A DNA stretch of 64,000 nt from an uncultured Lentisphaerota bacterium (GTDB taxonomy: Bacteria > Verrucomicrobiota > Lentisphaeria > Victivallales > UBA1829), in NCBI GenBank assembly GCA_900320095.1, contig ONQZ01000002.1, forward strand, positions 8,165 to 72,164, given 5' to 3'. The notes beneath the pieces are model-generated. The model was not told the DNA's origin and did not search any database. It was given only the letters and a program-made list of their open reading frames with translations. This document shows, one piece after another, positions 26,996 to 36,011 of this stretch. Numbering within the stretch: the first letter of the stretch is position 1; each line of letters starts with the position of its first letter. The translations under genes were made by a program, and so were the position numbers.

Positions 26996-28135
26996 ATGAA
27001 ATACATCCTGTTTACAGTTACATTCGCGGCATCCGTCTGCGCCGTGCCGGCACTGTTCGCCGGGTCCGGCATGATGGACGACCTCATCAAGCCTTACGAC
27101 GACACGCTCATCGAGCTCCCGGGCGAAAGCACCCGCAAGCCGTCCGTGTCCCGTTCCGCCCAGCTCGTCGACGACAGCGCGACCGACACCTGGGGCGCCC
27201 GCGACGACGGTTCCTCCCCGTCCACGAAAACTTCTTCTTCTTCGTCTTCGTCCTCCTCTGCGAAATCCGCAAGTTCCTCGTCTTCCTCCTACTCCTCGTC
27301 TTCCTCGTCTTCCTCCTCGTCCTCGACGAGATCAAAGAGTTTCACGGACGACGGGGTCTATATCCCGTATTCGGAACGCTATCCCGAGGAGAAGAAGGAA
27401 ACGTCGGAATCCGGCTTCGAGCGGAACACCTTCGATCCCGATTTCAGACCGTTCCAGAACAACTACCAGTACAAAGACACCAACTACCAGCCCAACAGGA
27501 CCCGTCCGGAATTCGAGGAAACCCGCCGGAAGATCAAGGACATCCTGGGCGAGGGCGTGCCGAAGGTGATGGTAGATTCGAAGGTGGACGAGCTGATCCA
27601 CAACGCCGCGCGCACCGCCACACTGGAGGCCCCCGAGACGCCGACCCGCTGGACGCGCGCGCCGAACGGCTGGTTCTGCGACTACGACGACGTGATGGAA
27701 AAGGCGCAGCAGACCGGAAAGGCGGTCGCGGTGTTCTTCCATTCGTCCGACAAGGACAATTCGCGCAAGTTCAAGACCGAGCGCATGGAAAACAACAAGT
27801 TCAAGAACAAAATGCGCGACCGTCTGCTCGTGCTCTACATGGATTATCCGGACAACGCCGACACCAGCAAGGACAAGCGTTACCGCGAGCAGGTGCAGCA
27901 CAACACGCGGATCGCCGAGAAGTTCCATGTCTCGAACTATCCCACGGTCATCATCCTGGACTCCACGGGCAAGGAGATCGGCCGCCTCGACAGCAATACG
28001 AACTCGGTCACGACGTTCGTGGAAAAGGCCGACAGGCTCGTCCCTCAGCGCGAGGCGAAAGAGAAAAAGCAGACCGGATTCAAGGTCGGCGGCGGCATAT
28101 CGGACGAATTCGGCGTCCGGAAGTCTTCGGACTGA
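26996..28135 (+). CDS. Secreted protein with poly-Ser tract and C-terminal thioredoxin-fold domain lacking CxxC
   Basis: The start is moved to the ATG at 26996 (MKYILFTVTFAASVCAVPALFA signal peptide, GGAG SD 9 nt upstream). The C-terminus (KAVAVFFHSSDKDNSRKF...FHVSNYPTVIILDSTGKEIGRL) has thioredoxin-like topology, but the redox CxxC is replaced by SDKD. Confidence 0.55.
   Translation: MKYILFTVTFAASVCAVPALFAGSGMMDDLIKPYDDTLIELPGESTRKPSVSRSAQLVDDSATDTWGARDDGSSPSTKTSSSSSSSSSAKSASSSSSSYSSSSSSSSSSSTRSKSFTDDGVYIPYSERYPEEKKETSESGFERNTFDPDFRPFQNNYQYKDTNYQPNRTRPEFEETRRKIKDILGEGVPKVMVDSKVDELIHNAARTATLEAPETPTRWTRAPNGWFCDYDDVMEKAQQTGKAVAVFFHSSDKDNSRKFKTERMENNKFKNKMRDRLLVLYMDYPDNADTSKDKRYREQVQHNTRIAEKFHVSNYPTVIILDSTGKEIGRLDSNTNSVTTFVEKADRLVPQREAKEKKQTGFKVGGGISDEFGVRKSSD
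27211..27330 (+). repeat. Ser-codon (TCN/AGY) low-complexity tract
   Basis: It encodes SSPSTKTSSSSSSSSSAKSASSSSSSYSSSSSSSSSSS. At DNA level it consists of imperfect tct/tcg/tcc triplet runs. Confidence 0.85.
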
Positions 28136-28157
28136 GCCCGACGAAGCATTCCCCCCG

Positions 28158-28841
28158 ATGCTGAACTCCATCGCCGTCAACCGCGAACCCGTCCTCCTAG
28201 GAGACGTCCCGGCTCTCGCGGACGCTTCGGACCGGACCGTCCTCGTGGTGCGGCATTCCATCCGCGAATCGCTCCGGGCGGGCTCGGTCGACCCCGATTT
28301 GACTCCGGAAGGCGCGGAGCTGGCACAGCGTTGCGGACGTCTGCTTTCCGGCCTGGGACAGGACGTTTTCTTCGCCGCGTCGCCCCGGACGCGCACGCGC
28401 CGGACGGCGGAGTGCATGATGGAGGGCGGCGGATTCCCGCGGCAGGACGTCCGCGACTGCCCCGAGCTCGGCGACCTGACCATTTTCGCGCGGCCGGTGG
28501 ACTTCGAGGCCATGCTCCGGACACGCAACACGGAAAACGTGATGCGCGAGTATTTTTCCACGGGTCATGCGGAGGGACTGAAGGACATGAAGCCCTTCGC
28601 CGAAGAGCTGCTGTCGTTCCTCACCGGAACGCCGTTTCCCGCCTCACGCGCGGTCATCGTATCCCACGACGTGCTGGCGATGTCGATCCTGAGCGCGCTG
28701 GGCGTCCGCGTGTTCCGGATCGAAGACTGGTGCGGCTATCTGCACGGCGTGCTGCTGACGCGCGGCCGGGACGGGATCTGGACGGCGTCGTACGCGGTCC
28801 CGGACTACGACGCGGGGAAAAAACACCGTCTTTTCGTCTGA
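28158..28841 (+). CDS. Histidine phosphatase (phosphoglycerate-mutase-like) family protein
   Basis: This is the first ATG after the upstream stop; the track start at 27927 overlaps the previous gene. It has an RHG-type motif (VLVVRHSIRES) and a distal VSHDVL histidine. Confidence 0.6.
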   Translation: MLNSIAVNREPVLLGDVPALADASDRTVLVVRHSIRESLRAGSVDPDLTPEGAELAQRCGRLLSGLGQDVFFAASPRTRTRRTAECMMEGGGFPRQDVRDCPELGDLTIFARPVDFEAMLRTRNTENVMREYFSTGHAEGLKDMKPFAEELLSFLTGTPFPASRAVIVSHDVLAMSILSALGVRVFRIEDWCGYLHGVLLTRGRDGIWTASYAVPDYDAGKKHRLFV

Positions 28842-28911
28842 TCGCCGGGGCCGACTTTCGCGCGTACGGGAAAAATCCGGAATAAAAAGTCTTTAAAAAG
28901 TTAAATATCGC

Positions 28912-28939
28912 TTGAAATCGCGAAAAAACGTGATACTTT
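28912..28939 (+). promoter_or_regulatory. sigma70-like promoter of the tandem-SBP gene
   Basis: -35 TTGAAA (28912-28917), 16-nt spacer, TGa-TACTTT (-10 at 28934-28939). The spacer contains the 14-mer CGCGAAAAAACGTG, which is also present in the pyrH promoter. Confidence 0.55.
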
Positions 28940-29009
28940 ATGGAGAAAATATCCATTTCGACTGCGTTGAACTAAAAACATCTTCATCCTCCATGGAGAA
29001 AGGTTTGTC

Positions 29010-30488
29010 ATGAATAAAATCTTCCGTCTCTTCGCCGCCCTGCTTCTTGGCGTCGCCATGCTGCCGGCCTGCTCCAAGTCCGAAAACAAGGGGAAACCGC
29101 TGGTCGTGGCCTGCGAAGCGTCCACGTCCCCCTACTGCTATTACACCGGAAACGAGGCCAGCCCGGTCGCCGGCATCGACGTCGACCTCGTCGAACTGAT
29201 CGGAAAGGAGCTCGGACGTCCGGTCCAGTACAAGATCGTGCCGTTCCAGCAGATTTTCACGCTCGTCTCCATGGGCAAGGCCGACATCGGCATGGCCGGC
29301 ATCACCATTACGCCCCAGCGCGCCGAACGCGTCCTTTTCTCCACCGTCTACGACGTTTCCTCGCAGGTGATCGTCGTACCGAAAAACTCCTCGCTCACCG
29401 ATGAATTCTCCCTGAAGACTGCCCGCGTGGCGGCCCAGGAAGGCACCAGCGACCTCATGCTCCTGCGCGAACGCATCAAACCGAGAATCGTCCTGCCGTT
29501 CCTCACGCAGGAGGAAGTGAACGCCTCGCTCGTCGACCGCCGCGCCGACGCCGCCGTGATGGACCGCATGCAGGCGGAGCTCCTGGTCAGAGCGACCGGA
29601 GACACGTTCAAAATCCTCGAAAAGCCGCTGACCAAGGACCAGTACGGGCTTCTCTTCAACAAAAAGGACACCAAGCTCGCGGAAGCCTCCAACGCGGTCA
29701 TTGACAAATTCAAACGTGTCGGCACGCTCCAGAACAGTCGCACCAAGCACATCAACGTGCTCGGCGCGCTTCCCACTGGGGCGAAGGTGCAGGAAGAAGT
29801 CAAACCGTTCGTCGTCTGCCTCGAGACCTCGTTCGCGCCGTTCGTCTTCGTGGACAACAACCGTCTGGTCGGCGTGGACGTCGAACTTGCCGAGGCCATC
29901 GCGAAGGAACTCAAGCGCCCGCTTGAGCTCAAAGTCGTCCCGTTCACCGAGGTGATCCCGCTCGTCATGACCGGAGCTGCCGATATGGGCGCGTCCGGCG
30001 TCTCCATCACGCCGGAACGTTCCGCCATGGTGCTCTTCTCCAATTCGTACGAAAGCGGCGTGCGCAGGATTCTCGTGAACGACGGCGCGTCGTTTGAAAA
30101 GCTCGATGACCTGCATGGCAAAGTCATCGGCGCCAAGAAAGGCACCACGAACGAGGATTTCGTCGTCAACCAGCTCCACGCGAGGGAATTCTACCACTAC
30201 GACAACGCCACGCAGGCCATCATCGGGCTCATCAGCCACGAGATCGACGCCTACGTCGACGACGAGAACGAAGCCGATCTTGCCGCCGGCAAATACATCG
30301 GCAAGGTCAAAATGCTGAACATCGCCATCCCCGCCGAAGAATACGGATTCCCGTTCCGGAACGGCAACGAAGAGCTGAAAGCCGTCGCGGACAAGATCAT
30401 CGAGGAAAAGCGCGCCAACGGCGAACTCCAGGCGCTCTTCCGCCGTTACAACACCCGCTACAAAGCGATCGAATCGAACGGAATCTGA
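29010..30488 (+). CDS. Lipoprotein with two tandem family-3 (amino-acid/polar) solute-binding domains
   Basis: 492 aa with a lipobox (LLLGVAMLPAC). There are two ~230-aa halves with parallel motifs: (V/F)VACEASTSPYCYY..GIDVDLVELIGKELGRPVQYKIVPF..MGKADIGMAGITITPQRAE, and FVVCLETSFAPFVFV..GVDVELAEAIAKELKRPLELKVVPF..GAADMGASGVSITPERSA. Confidence 0.75.
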   Translation: MNKIFRLFAALLLGVAMLPACSKSENKGKPLVVACEASTSPYCYYTGNEASPVAGIDVDLVELIGKELGRPVQYKIVPFQQIFTLVSMGKADIGMAGITITPQRAERVLFSTVYDVSSQVIVVPKNSSLTDEFSLKTARVAAQEGTSDLMLLRERIKPRIVLPFLTQEEVNASLVDRRADAAVMDRMQAELLVRATGDTFKILEKPLTKDQYGLLFNKKDTKLAEASNAVIDKFKRVGTLQNSRTKHINVLGALPTGAKVQEEVKPFVVCLETSFAPFVFVDNNRLVGVDVELAEAIAKELKRPLELKVVPFTEVIPLVMTGAADMGASGVSITPERSAMVLFSNSYESGVRRILVNDGASFEKLDDLHGKVIGAKKGTTNEDFVVNQLHAREFYHYDNATQAIIGLISHEIDAYVDDENEADLAAGKYIGKVKMLNIAIPAEEYGFPFRNGNEELKAVADKIIEEKRANGELQALFRRYNTRYKAIESNGI

Positions 30489-30508
30489 TCCCGTCCGAAC
30501 GGATTCCG

Positions 30509-30550
30509 GGGCGGAGCGCGCCGCAGTCGGCATACGCTCCGCCCGATTTG
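30509..30550 (+). terminator. Hairpin terminator after the SBP gene
   Basis: Perfect 10-bp stem GGGCGGAGCG (30509-30518) / CGCTCCGCCC (30535-30544), followed by GATTTG (a weak U-tract). Confidence 0.5.
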
Positions 30551-30614
30551 TCCCGAGATACGGGATGACATGCGTTCGCAACAGGCGCCACCAGTAAAAA
30601 CGGAACTCTTTACC

Positions 30615-31370
30615 ATGGATGCAGGCAGAATACTTGACGATTTCCGCAGCGGAGCCATCACCCGCGAAGAGGCGCTCGCGCGCCTGAACAAACTCCCGTA
30701 CGAGGACATCGGCTTCGCCAAGCTCGACCACCACAGGCAGATCCGGCGCGGCGGCATCGAAACCGTGTTCTGCGCGGGCAAGACCGCCGAACAGGTCCGC
30801 GCCATCTTCGAGCGCTTCATCGCCGCGGGCGGAAACGCCCTCGGGACGCGCGCCACGCCCGAACAGGCGGAATACGTCCGCGCCGCCCTGCCCGGCGTGC
30901 AGTACGACCCCGTGTCGCGCATGCTGTACATCATGGGCAATCCGAAGCCGCGGACCGGGTGCGTGGCGGTCTGTACGGGCGGCACGTCCGACCAGCCGGT
31001 CGCCGAGGAGGCCGCGAAGACCGCCGAGTTCTTCGGCGCCGAGGTGAAACGCTTCTACGACGTCGGCGTCGCCGGCATCCACCGTCTGTTCGCCTGCCTC
31101 GACGAGATCCGCACCGCGAACGCCGTGGTGGCAGTCGCCGGGATGGAGGGCGCGCTCGGCGGCGTGATCGCCGGGCTTGTCTCCGTGCCGGTCGTGGCGG
31201 TGCCGACGTCCGTGGGGTACGGCGCGTCCTTCGCCGGGATCGCCCCGCTCCTGACCATGCTCAATTCCTGTGCCGAAGGCATGTCCGTCGTAAACATCGA
31301 CAACGGATTCGGCGCGGGCTACCTCGCCGCACGCATCAATTCGCTCGTCACACAGGGGAACCAGCCATGA
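30615..31370 (+). CDS. larB: Nickel-pincer cofactor biosynthesis protein LarB (NaAD carboxylase/hydrolase, AIR-carboxylase fold)
   Basis: The start is moved to the ATG at 30615 (MDAGRILDDFRSGAITREEALARLNKLPYEDIGFAKLDHHRQIRRGGIETVFCAGKT), which matches the LarB N-terminal pattern. The PurE-like C-half reads VAVCTGGTSDQPVAEEA..AVAGMEGAL. Confidence 0.85.
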   Translation: MDAGRILDDFRSGAITREEALARLNKLPYEDIGFAKLDHHRQIRRGGIETVFCAGKTAEQVRAIFERFIAAGGNALGTRATPEQAEYVRAALPGVQYDPVSRMLYIMGNPKPRTGCVAVCTGGTSDQPVAEEAAKTAEFFGAEVKRFYDVGVAGIHRLFACLDEIRTANAVVAVAGMEGALGGVIAGLVSVPVVAVPTSVGYGASFAGIAPLLTMLNSCAEGMSVVNIDNGFGAGYLAARINSLVTQGNQP

Positions 31371-32704
31371 GCAAAACCATCCTTTACCTCGAATGCGCCA
31401 CCGGGATCAGCGGCGACATGACCGTGGCCGCGCTGCTCGACCTCGGCGCTTCCAAAATCAAACTGCTCGCCGCCCTCGACAGCCTGAACGTGGAGGGATA
31501 TTCCGTCACGGTCCGACGCGCCAACTCGCACGGCGTGGACGCCTGTTCGTTCGACGTCGAGCTGGAGCATGAACACGAACACGGGCACGAACACGGGCAC
31601 CATCACGTGCACGACCACGAAGCGCTCGAACACGAACACGCACACGAAGCCCACGAGCACCATCACGACCACGGGCATGAACATCACCACGAGCACGACC
31701 ACGGGCACGAGCACCATCATCCGCATGTGCACCGGAATCTGGCGGACGTGACCGCCATCCTGAACAGCGGCGACCTGACGCCGCACGCCCGCGAACTCGC
31801 GCTGAAGATATTCGGCATCGTAGCCAAAGCAGAATCCAAAGCGCACGGCAAGCCGATTGACGAAGTACACTTCCACGAGGTCGGCGCGATCGACTCCATC
31901 GTGGACATCGCCGCCGCCGCGGTCTGCCTCGACGACCTCGGGATCGACGACGTCGTCGTGACGGGCCTGAGCGAGGGGACCGGATTCGTGGAGTGCCAGC
32001 ACGGCCTGCTCCCGATCCCCGTGCCCGCCGTGGCGAACATCGCCTCCGCAAGCGGGCTCCCGCTCCGCATCCTCCCCGTGGAGGGCGAGATGGTCACTCC
32101 GACCGGCGCGGCCATCGCCGCCGCCGTCCGGACGCGTTCCGCCCTGCCCGAATCCTTCACGATCAGGAAGATCGGCCTTGGCGCGGGCAAACGCGAGTTC
32201 GGGATGCCGAACGTGCTCCGCGCGATGCTGATCGAGGAGACCGCCGCCGCGGACGCGCCGCCCGCGGAGATCATGATCCTGGAGACCAACATCGACGATT
32301 CCTCGGGCGAAACGCTCGGCCTGGCGATGGATTCCCTGCTCGCCGCCGGGGCGCTTGACGTGCATTACGTCCCCGTCTTCATGAAGAAAAACCGTCCGGC
32401 GTGGCTCCTGCGCGTGATCTGCCGCGAGGCGGACGTGTCGGCGATGGAACGCGTCATCTTCACGGAGACCAGCTCCATCGGCCTGCGCAAGCTCCCGGCA
32501 GGGCGCACCTGCCTCGCGCGCACGGTCGTGGACGTGATGCTCCCCGCCGGGTCCGCGAAGGTCAAGAAATGCAGCTTCGACGGACAGACGTTCTACTACC
32601 CCGAATACGAAAGCATCAAGGCGCTGGCGGCCGCTTCCGGCGTGCCGTTCGCCGATCTCTTCCGCGACGCCGCGGAGACTGCGAGGGCAAACGATGAAAG
32701 ATAA
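31367..32704 (+). CDS. larC: Nickel insertion protein LarC (pyridinium-3,5-bisthiocarboxylate mononucleotide nickel chelatase), single uninterrupted ORF
   Basis: The ATG at 31367 overlaps the larB stop (ATGA). The N-terminus MSKTILYLECATGISGDM is the LarC/DUF111 signature. A His-rich insert and the C-terminal LarC2-like domain are present. The track's earlier start at 30959 is an Arg-rich shadow. Confidence 0.85.
   Translation: MSKTILYLECATGISGDMTVAALLDLGASKIKLLAALDSLNVEGYSVTVRRANSHGVDACSFDVELEHEHEHGHEHGHHHVHDHEALEHEHAHEAHEHHHDHGHEHHHEHDHGHEHHHPHVHRNLADVTAILNSGDLTPHARELALKIFGIVAKAESKAHGKPIDEVHFHEVGAIDSIVDIAAAAVCLDDLGIDDVVVTGLSEGTGFVECQHGLLPIPVPAVANIASASGLPLRILPVEGEMVTPTGAAIAAAVRTRSALPESFTIRKIGLGAGKREFGMPNVLRAMLIEETAAADAPPAEIMILETNIDDSSGETLGLAMDSLLAAGALDVHYVPVFMKKNRPAWLLRVICREADVSAMERVIFTETSSIGLRKLPAGRTCLARTVVDVMLPAGSAKVKKCSFDGQTFYYPEYESIKALAAASGVPFADLFRDAAETARANDER
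31568..31732 (+). repeat. His-codon-rich tract inside larC
   Basis: It encodes HEHEHGHEHGHHHVHDHEALEHEHAHEAHEHHHDHGHEHHHEHDHGHEHHHPHVH. By my count that is about 30 His in 55 residues. Confidence 0.85.
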
Positions 32705-33515
32705 GTTGAACGAACTCCGGCGGATGCTGGAAGGACTGAGCGCGGACGGCGTCTGCGCGGCATTTTCCGGCGGCGTCGACAGCTCCCTGCTCCTGACCGT
32801 CCTGTCCGAAATCTACGCGCGGAAACCGTTCCCCCTGCTCGCCGTCGTGTTCGCCACGGCGTTCCACACCGCCGAGGAGACCGCGTCCGCGATGAAGCAG
32901 GCGGAGGAACTGGGCGTGCCGGCGGAACTCGTCGAACGCGACGTGCTGTCCGATCCGGTGCTGCGCGGGAATCCGAAGGACCGCTGCTACCACTGCAAAC
33001 GCGCGCTTTTCTCCGAGATGAAACGCATCGCCGAAGCGCACGGCATCAGAAACCTCGTGGACGGCACCAACGCCGACGACACGCAGGTGTACCGTCCCGG
33101 ACGCAAGGCGCTGGAGGAGCTCGGCGTACTGAGTCCGCTGGCGCTCTGCGGATTTACGAAGGACGAGATCCGCGCCGCCGCCCGCGGGCTCCTGATCCCC
33201 GTCGCGGACAAACCGTCCACGCCGTGCCTCGCGACGCGCTTCCCCTACGGCACGGCCATGACGGACGAGGCATTGCGCCGGGTGGAACGCGGCGAGGCGG
33301 TGCTGCGCGAATTCGGGCTGAAGGTGGTGCGGCTGCGCGTCCACAGCGACGTCGCGCGCATTGAGACCGATCCCGACGGATTCGAACTGGCCGCCGCCAG
33401 ACGATTCGAGATCGCGTTCGCGCTCCGCAAAGAGGGATTCCCGTACGTCACGCTCGACCTGGAGGGATTCCGTTCCGGCAGCATGGACGAGCCGCTTCTC
33501 ACAAAACAATCATAA
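32694..33515 (+). CDS. larE: LarE, ATP-dependent sulfur transferase of nickel-pincer cofactor synthesis (PP-loop ATPase)
   Basis: 273 aa. It has a PP-loop (AFSGGVDSSLL) and the LarE-type Cys in STPCLATRFPYG (Cys178), plus CYHC (Cys98, Cys101). It overlaps larC by 11 nt. Confidence 0.85.
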   Translation: MKDKLNELRRMLEGLSADGVCAAFSGGVDSSLLLTVLSEIYARKPFPLLAVVFATAFHTAEETASAMKQAEELGVPAELVERDVLSDPVLRGNPKDRCYHCKRALFSEMKRIAEAHGIRNLVDGTNADDTQVYRPGRKALEELGVLSPLALCGFTKDEIRAAARGLLIPVADKPSTPCLATRFPYGTAMTDEALRRVERGEAVLREFGLKVVRLRVHSDVARIETDPDGFELAAARRFEIAFALRKEGFPYVTLDLEGFRSGSMDEPLLTKQS

Positions 33516-33532
33516 AACGAGCGGGTAGATAG

Positions 33533-33575
33533 AAAAACCGGATACGGCTCACAGAAGGCTGTATCCGGTATTTTT
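33533..33575. terminator. Bidirectional rho-independent terminator between convergent larE and hppA
   Basis: Stem ACCGGATAC (33537-33545) / GTATCCGGT (33561-33569), extended by GGC/GCT pairs. It is flanked by AAAAA on the left and TTTTT on the right. Confidence 0.75.
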
Positions 33576-33597
33576 ATGCGGAAAAAAGCGGTCGGCG

Positions 33598-35943
33598 TTA
33601 CTTCTGAATGAGGCCGAGCCATTCCTGAACGAGAGGCGCGACCTTGATGAAGAGCGGCGTGAAGACGACCGCGACCATGCTCATGAGCTTCACGAGGATG
33701 TTCAGGGCCGGGCCGCTGGTGTCCTTGCAGGGGTCGCCAACAGTGTCGCCGATGACAGCCGCGCCGTGGACGGGGTTCTTGGTGCCGTCCGGGAGCTTCT
33801 TGCCGCCGAAATTGCCCTTTTCAATGTGCTTCTTGGCGTTGTCCCACGCGCCGCCGGCGTTGTTCAGCATGCAGGCGAGGGAGAAGCCGCAGGTGAGGCC
33901 GCCGATGAGCAGCCCCATGATGCCGGGGACGCCGAGGATCAGGCCGGTGGCGACCGGGATGATGATGGCGAGGAGGGCGGGGAGCATCATCTCGTGCTGC
34001 GCGCCTTTGGTGGAGATCGCCACGCAGCGGGCGTAATCGGGCTTGCCGGTACCGTCCATGATGCCGGGGATGGTGCGGAACTGACGGCGGACCTCCTCGA
34101 CCATGCGTCCGGCGGCGCGTCCGACCGCCTTCATGGTGAGCGCGCAGAAGACGAACGCCATCATGGCGCCGAGGAAGCATCCGCAGAGGAAGAGCGGGTT
34201 CATGACGTTGATCTTGAAGAAATCGACGAGGATGGCGAAGTGGTCGGAATCCAGCAGGAGTTTCGCCTTCACCTCCATCGGGAACGCGTTGAACTTGCCG
34301 CCCCAGATCTCGATCTCCTGGATCTCGGCGGCGAGCAGCGCCATGGCGGTGAGCGCGGCGGACCCGATGGCGAATCCTTTGCCCGTGGCGGCCGTGGTGT
34401 TGCCAAGCATGTCGAGGGCGTCGGTGCGTTCGCGGACGTGCGGCGGGAGCGCGGACATCTCGGCGTTGCCGCCGGCGTTGTCGGCGATCGGCCCGTAGGC
34501 ATCCGTGGCGAGCGTGATGCCGAGCGTGGCGAGCATGCCGACGGCGGCGAACCCGATGCCGTAGAGGCCGAAGATCGTGCCCTGCGTGAAGCCGCCCGCG
34601 AAGGCGAACGAGCTGATGATCGCGGCGACGGTCGCGACGACCGGGATCGCGGCGGAGAGCATGCCGAGCGAGAGGCCGTAGATGATGGTCGGAGCGGGGC
34701 CCATCTGCGCCTGCGCGGCGAGTTCCTTCGTCGGGCCGTATTCGTCGGAGGTGTAATACTCGGTGCTGTAGCCGATCACCACGCCGGCGATCAGGCCGGA
34801 GACGATCGCGCCGAACACGCCCCAGGTGAGGATGCCGCATCCGGCGAGGATCGCGCATGCGACGACGATCAGGACGGAACTGCCCCAGGTGCCGAGACGC
34901 AATGCGCGGAGCAGCGTGCCCATGCTCGCACCTTCCTTGCAGCGCACCGCGAAGATGCCGATCAGCGACAGCACCACGCCGATGCCCGCGACGATCATCG
35001 GGGCGTTCACGTAGGCGACCGTGGTCTTCATCGCGGCGGGGATGGCCGCGCCGAGGTCGGCGGTGGAGAGGATGGAGCCGCAGGTGGTCTTCATCGCGGC
35101 GGGGATGGCAGCGCCGAGGGCGGCGGTGGAAAGGATGGAGCCGCAGTAGGATTCGTAGAGGTCCGCGCCCATGCCCGCGACGTCGCCGACGTTGTCGCCG
35201 ACGTTGTCCGCGATGGTGGCGGGGTTGCGCGGGTCGTCCTCGGGGATGCCCGCCTCGACCTTGCCGACGAGGTCCGCGCCGACGTCAGCGGCCTTCGTGT
35301 AGATGCCGCCGCCGACACGGGCGAAGAGCGCCTGCGTGGACGCGCCCATGCCGAAGGTCAGCATGGTGGTCGTGATCTCGACGAACTTGTGCGAGACATC
35401 GAATCCGGGCGTGACGAGCTGGAGTCCGAGGAACGACAGGCCGTGCGCCATGTGGTCGGGCGTGTAGACCAGGCGGTCCAGGATGAAATACCACGCGGTG
35501 ATGTCGAAAAGGCCGAACCCGACCACGGCGAGGCCCATGACCGCGCCGGACCGGAACGCCACCTGAAGGCCGCGGTTCAGGCTTTCGCTCGCGCCCTGCG
35601 CCGTGCGGCTGGACGCGCTCGTGGCGGTCTTCATGCCCACGAATCCGCAGAGGCCGGAGAAGAAGCCGCCGGTCAGAAACGCGACCGGGACGAAGGGGTT
35701 CTGGAGCTTCAGGACCGCCAGGATCGCGAAGATCACGAAGAGGACGGCGAAGACGATGCCGACGCGCGAATACTGCTGTTTCAGGTACGCCATCGCGCCG
35801 TCGCGCACGTATCCGGCGATCTCCTCCATGTGTTCGTTGCCGGTGCCGGCGCGTTTCATCAGGATGTAGCACAGAGCGGCTGAGAGAAGGGCGACGATGG
35901 AGCAGACGGGAGCGATCCACCAGATGGACGTAGATCCGAACAT
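33598..35943 (-). CDS. hppA: Membrane-bound ion-translocating pyrophosphatase (V-type H+/Na+-PPase)
   Basis: About 781 aa. I prefer the ATG at 35943 (GGAGGT SD 7 nt upstream) over the track GTG at 35949. Signature motifs are [30 protein letters not shown] and [16 protein letters not shown]. Confidence 0.92.
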   Translation of the reverse strand: MFGSTSIWWIAPVCSIVALLSAALCYILMKRAGTGNEHMEEIAGYVRDGAMAYLKQQYSRVGIVFAVLFVIFAILAVLKLQNPFVPVAFLTGGFFSGLCGFVGMKTATSASSRTAQGASESLNRGLQVAFRSGAVMGLAVVGFGLFDITAWYFILDRLVYTPDHMAHGLSFLGLQLVTPGFDVSHKFVEITTTMLTFGMGASTQALFARVGGGIYTKAADVGADLVGKVEAGIPEDDPRNPATIADNVGDNVGDVAGMGADLYESYCGSILSTAALGAAIPAAMKTTCGSILSTADLGAAIPAAMKTTVAYVNAPMIVAGIGVVLSLIGIFAVRCKEGASMGTLLRALRLGTWGSSVLIVVACAILAGCGILTWGVFGAIVSGLIAGVVIGYSTEYYTSDEYGPTKELAAQAQMGPAPTIIYGLSLGMLSAAIPVVATVAAIISSFAFAGGFTQGTIFGLYGIGFAAVGMLATLGITLATDAYGPIADNAGGNAEMSALPPHVRERTDALDMLGNTTAATGKGFAIGSAALTAMALLAAEIQEIEIWGGKFNAFPMEVKAKLLLDSDHFAILVDFFKINVMNPLFLCGCFLGAMMAFVFCALTMKAVGRAAGRMVEEVRRQFRTIPGIMDGTGKPDYARCVAISTKGAQHEMMLPALLAIIIPVATGLILGVPGIMGLLIGGLTCGFSLACMLNNAGGAWDNAKKHIEKGNFGGKKLPDGTKNPVHGAAVIGDTVGDPCKDTSGPALNILVKLMSMVAVVFTPLFIKVAPLVQEWLGLIQK
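35024..35149 (-). repeat. In-frame 63-bp tandem duplication inside hppA
   Basis: Unit 1 spans 35024-35086 and unit 2 spans 35087-35149. They are identical at 58 of 63 positions by my alignment. They encode [21 protein letters not shown] followed by [21 protein letters not shown]. Confidence 0.9.
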
Positions 35944-36011
35944 AAACACAACCTCCGGATGTTGATAGAAAAACAGAAAGGTTCAATAAAAGGCAAAAAA
36001 CTATGCTATTT

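Noticed and set aside
31568-31732. Short direct DNA repeats in larC (and the Ser tract at 27211-27330) as CRISPR-like or minisatellite arrays.
   Set aside because: They are in-frame codon repeats encoding His-rich and Ser-rich peptide tracts inside well-supported genes. There is no repeat-spacer organisation.
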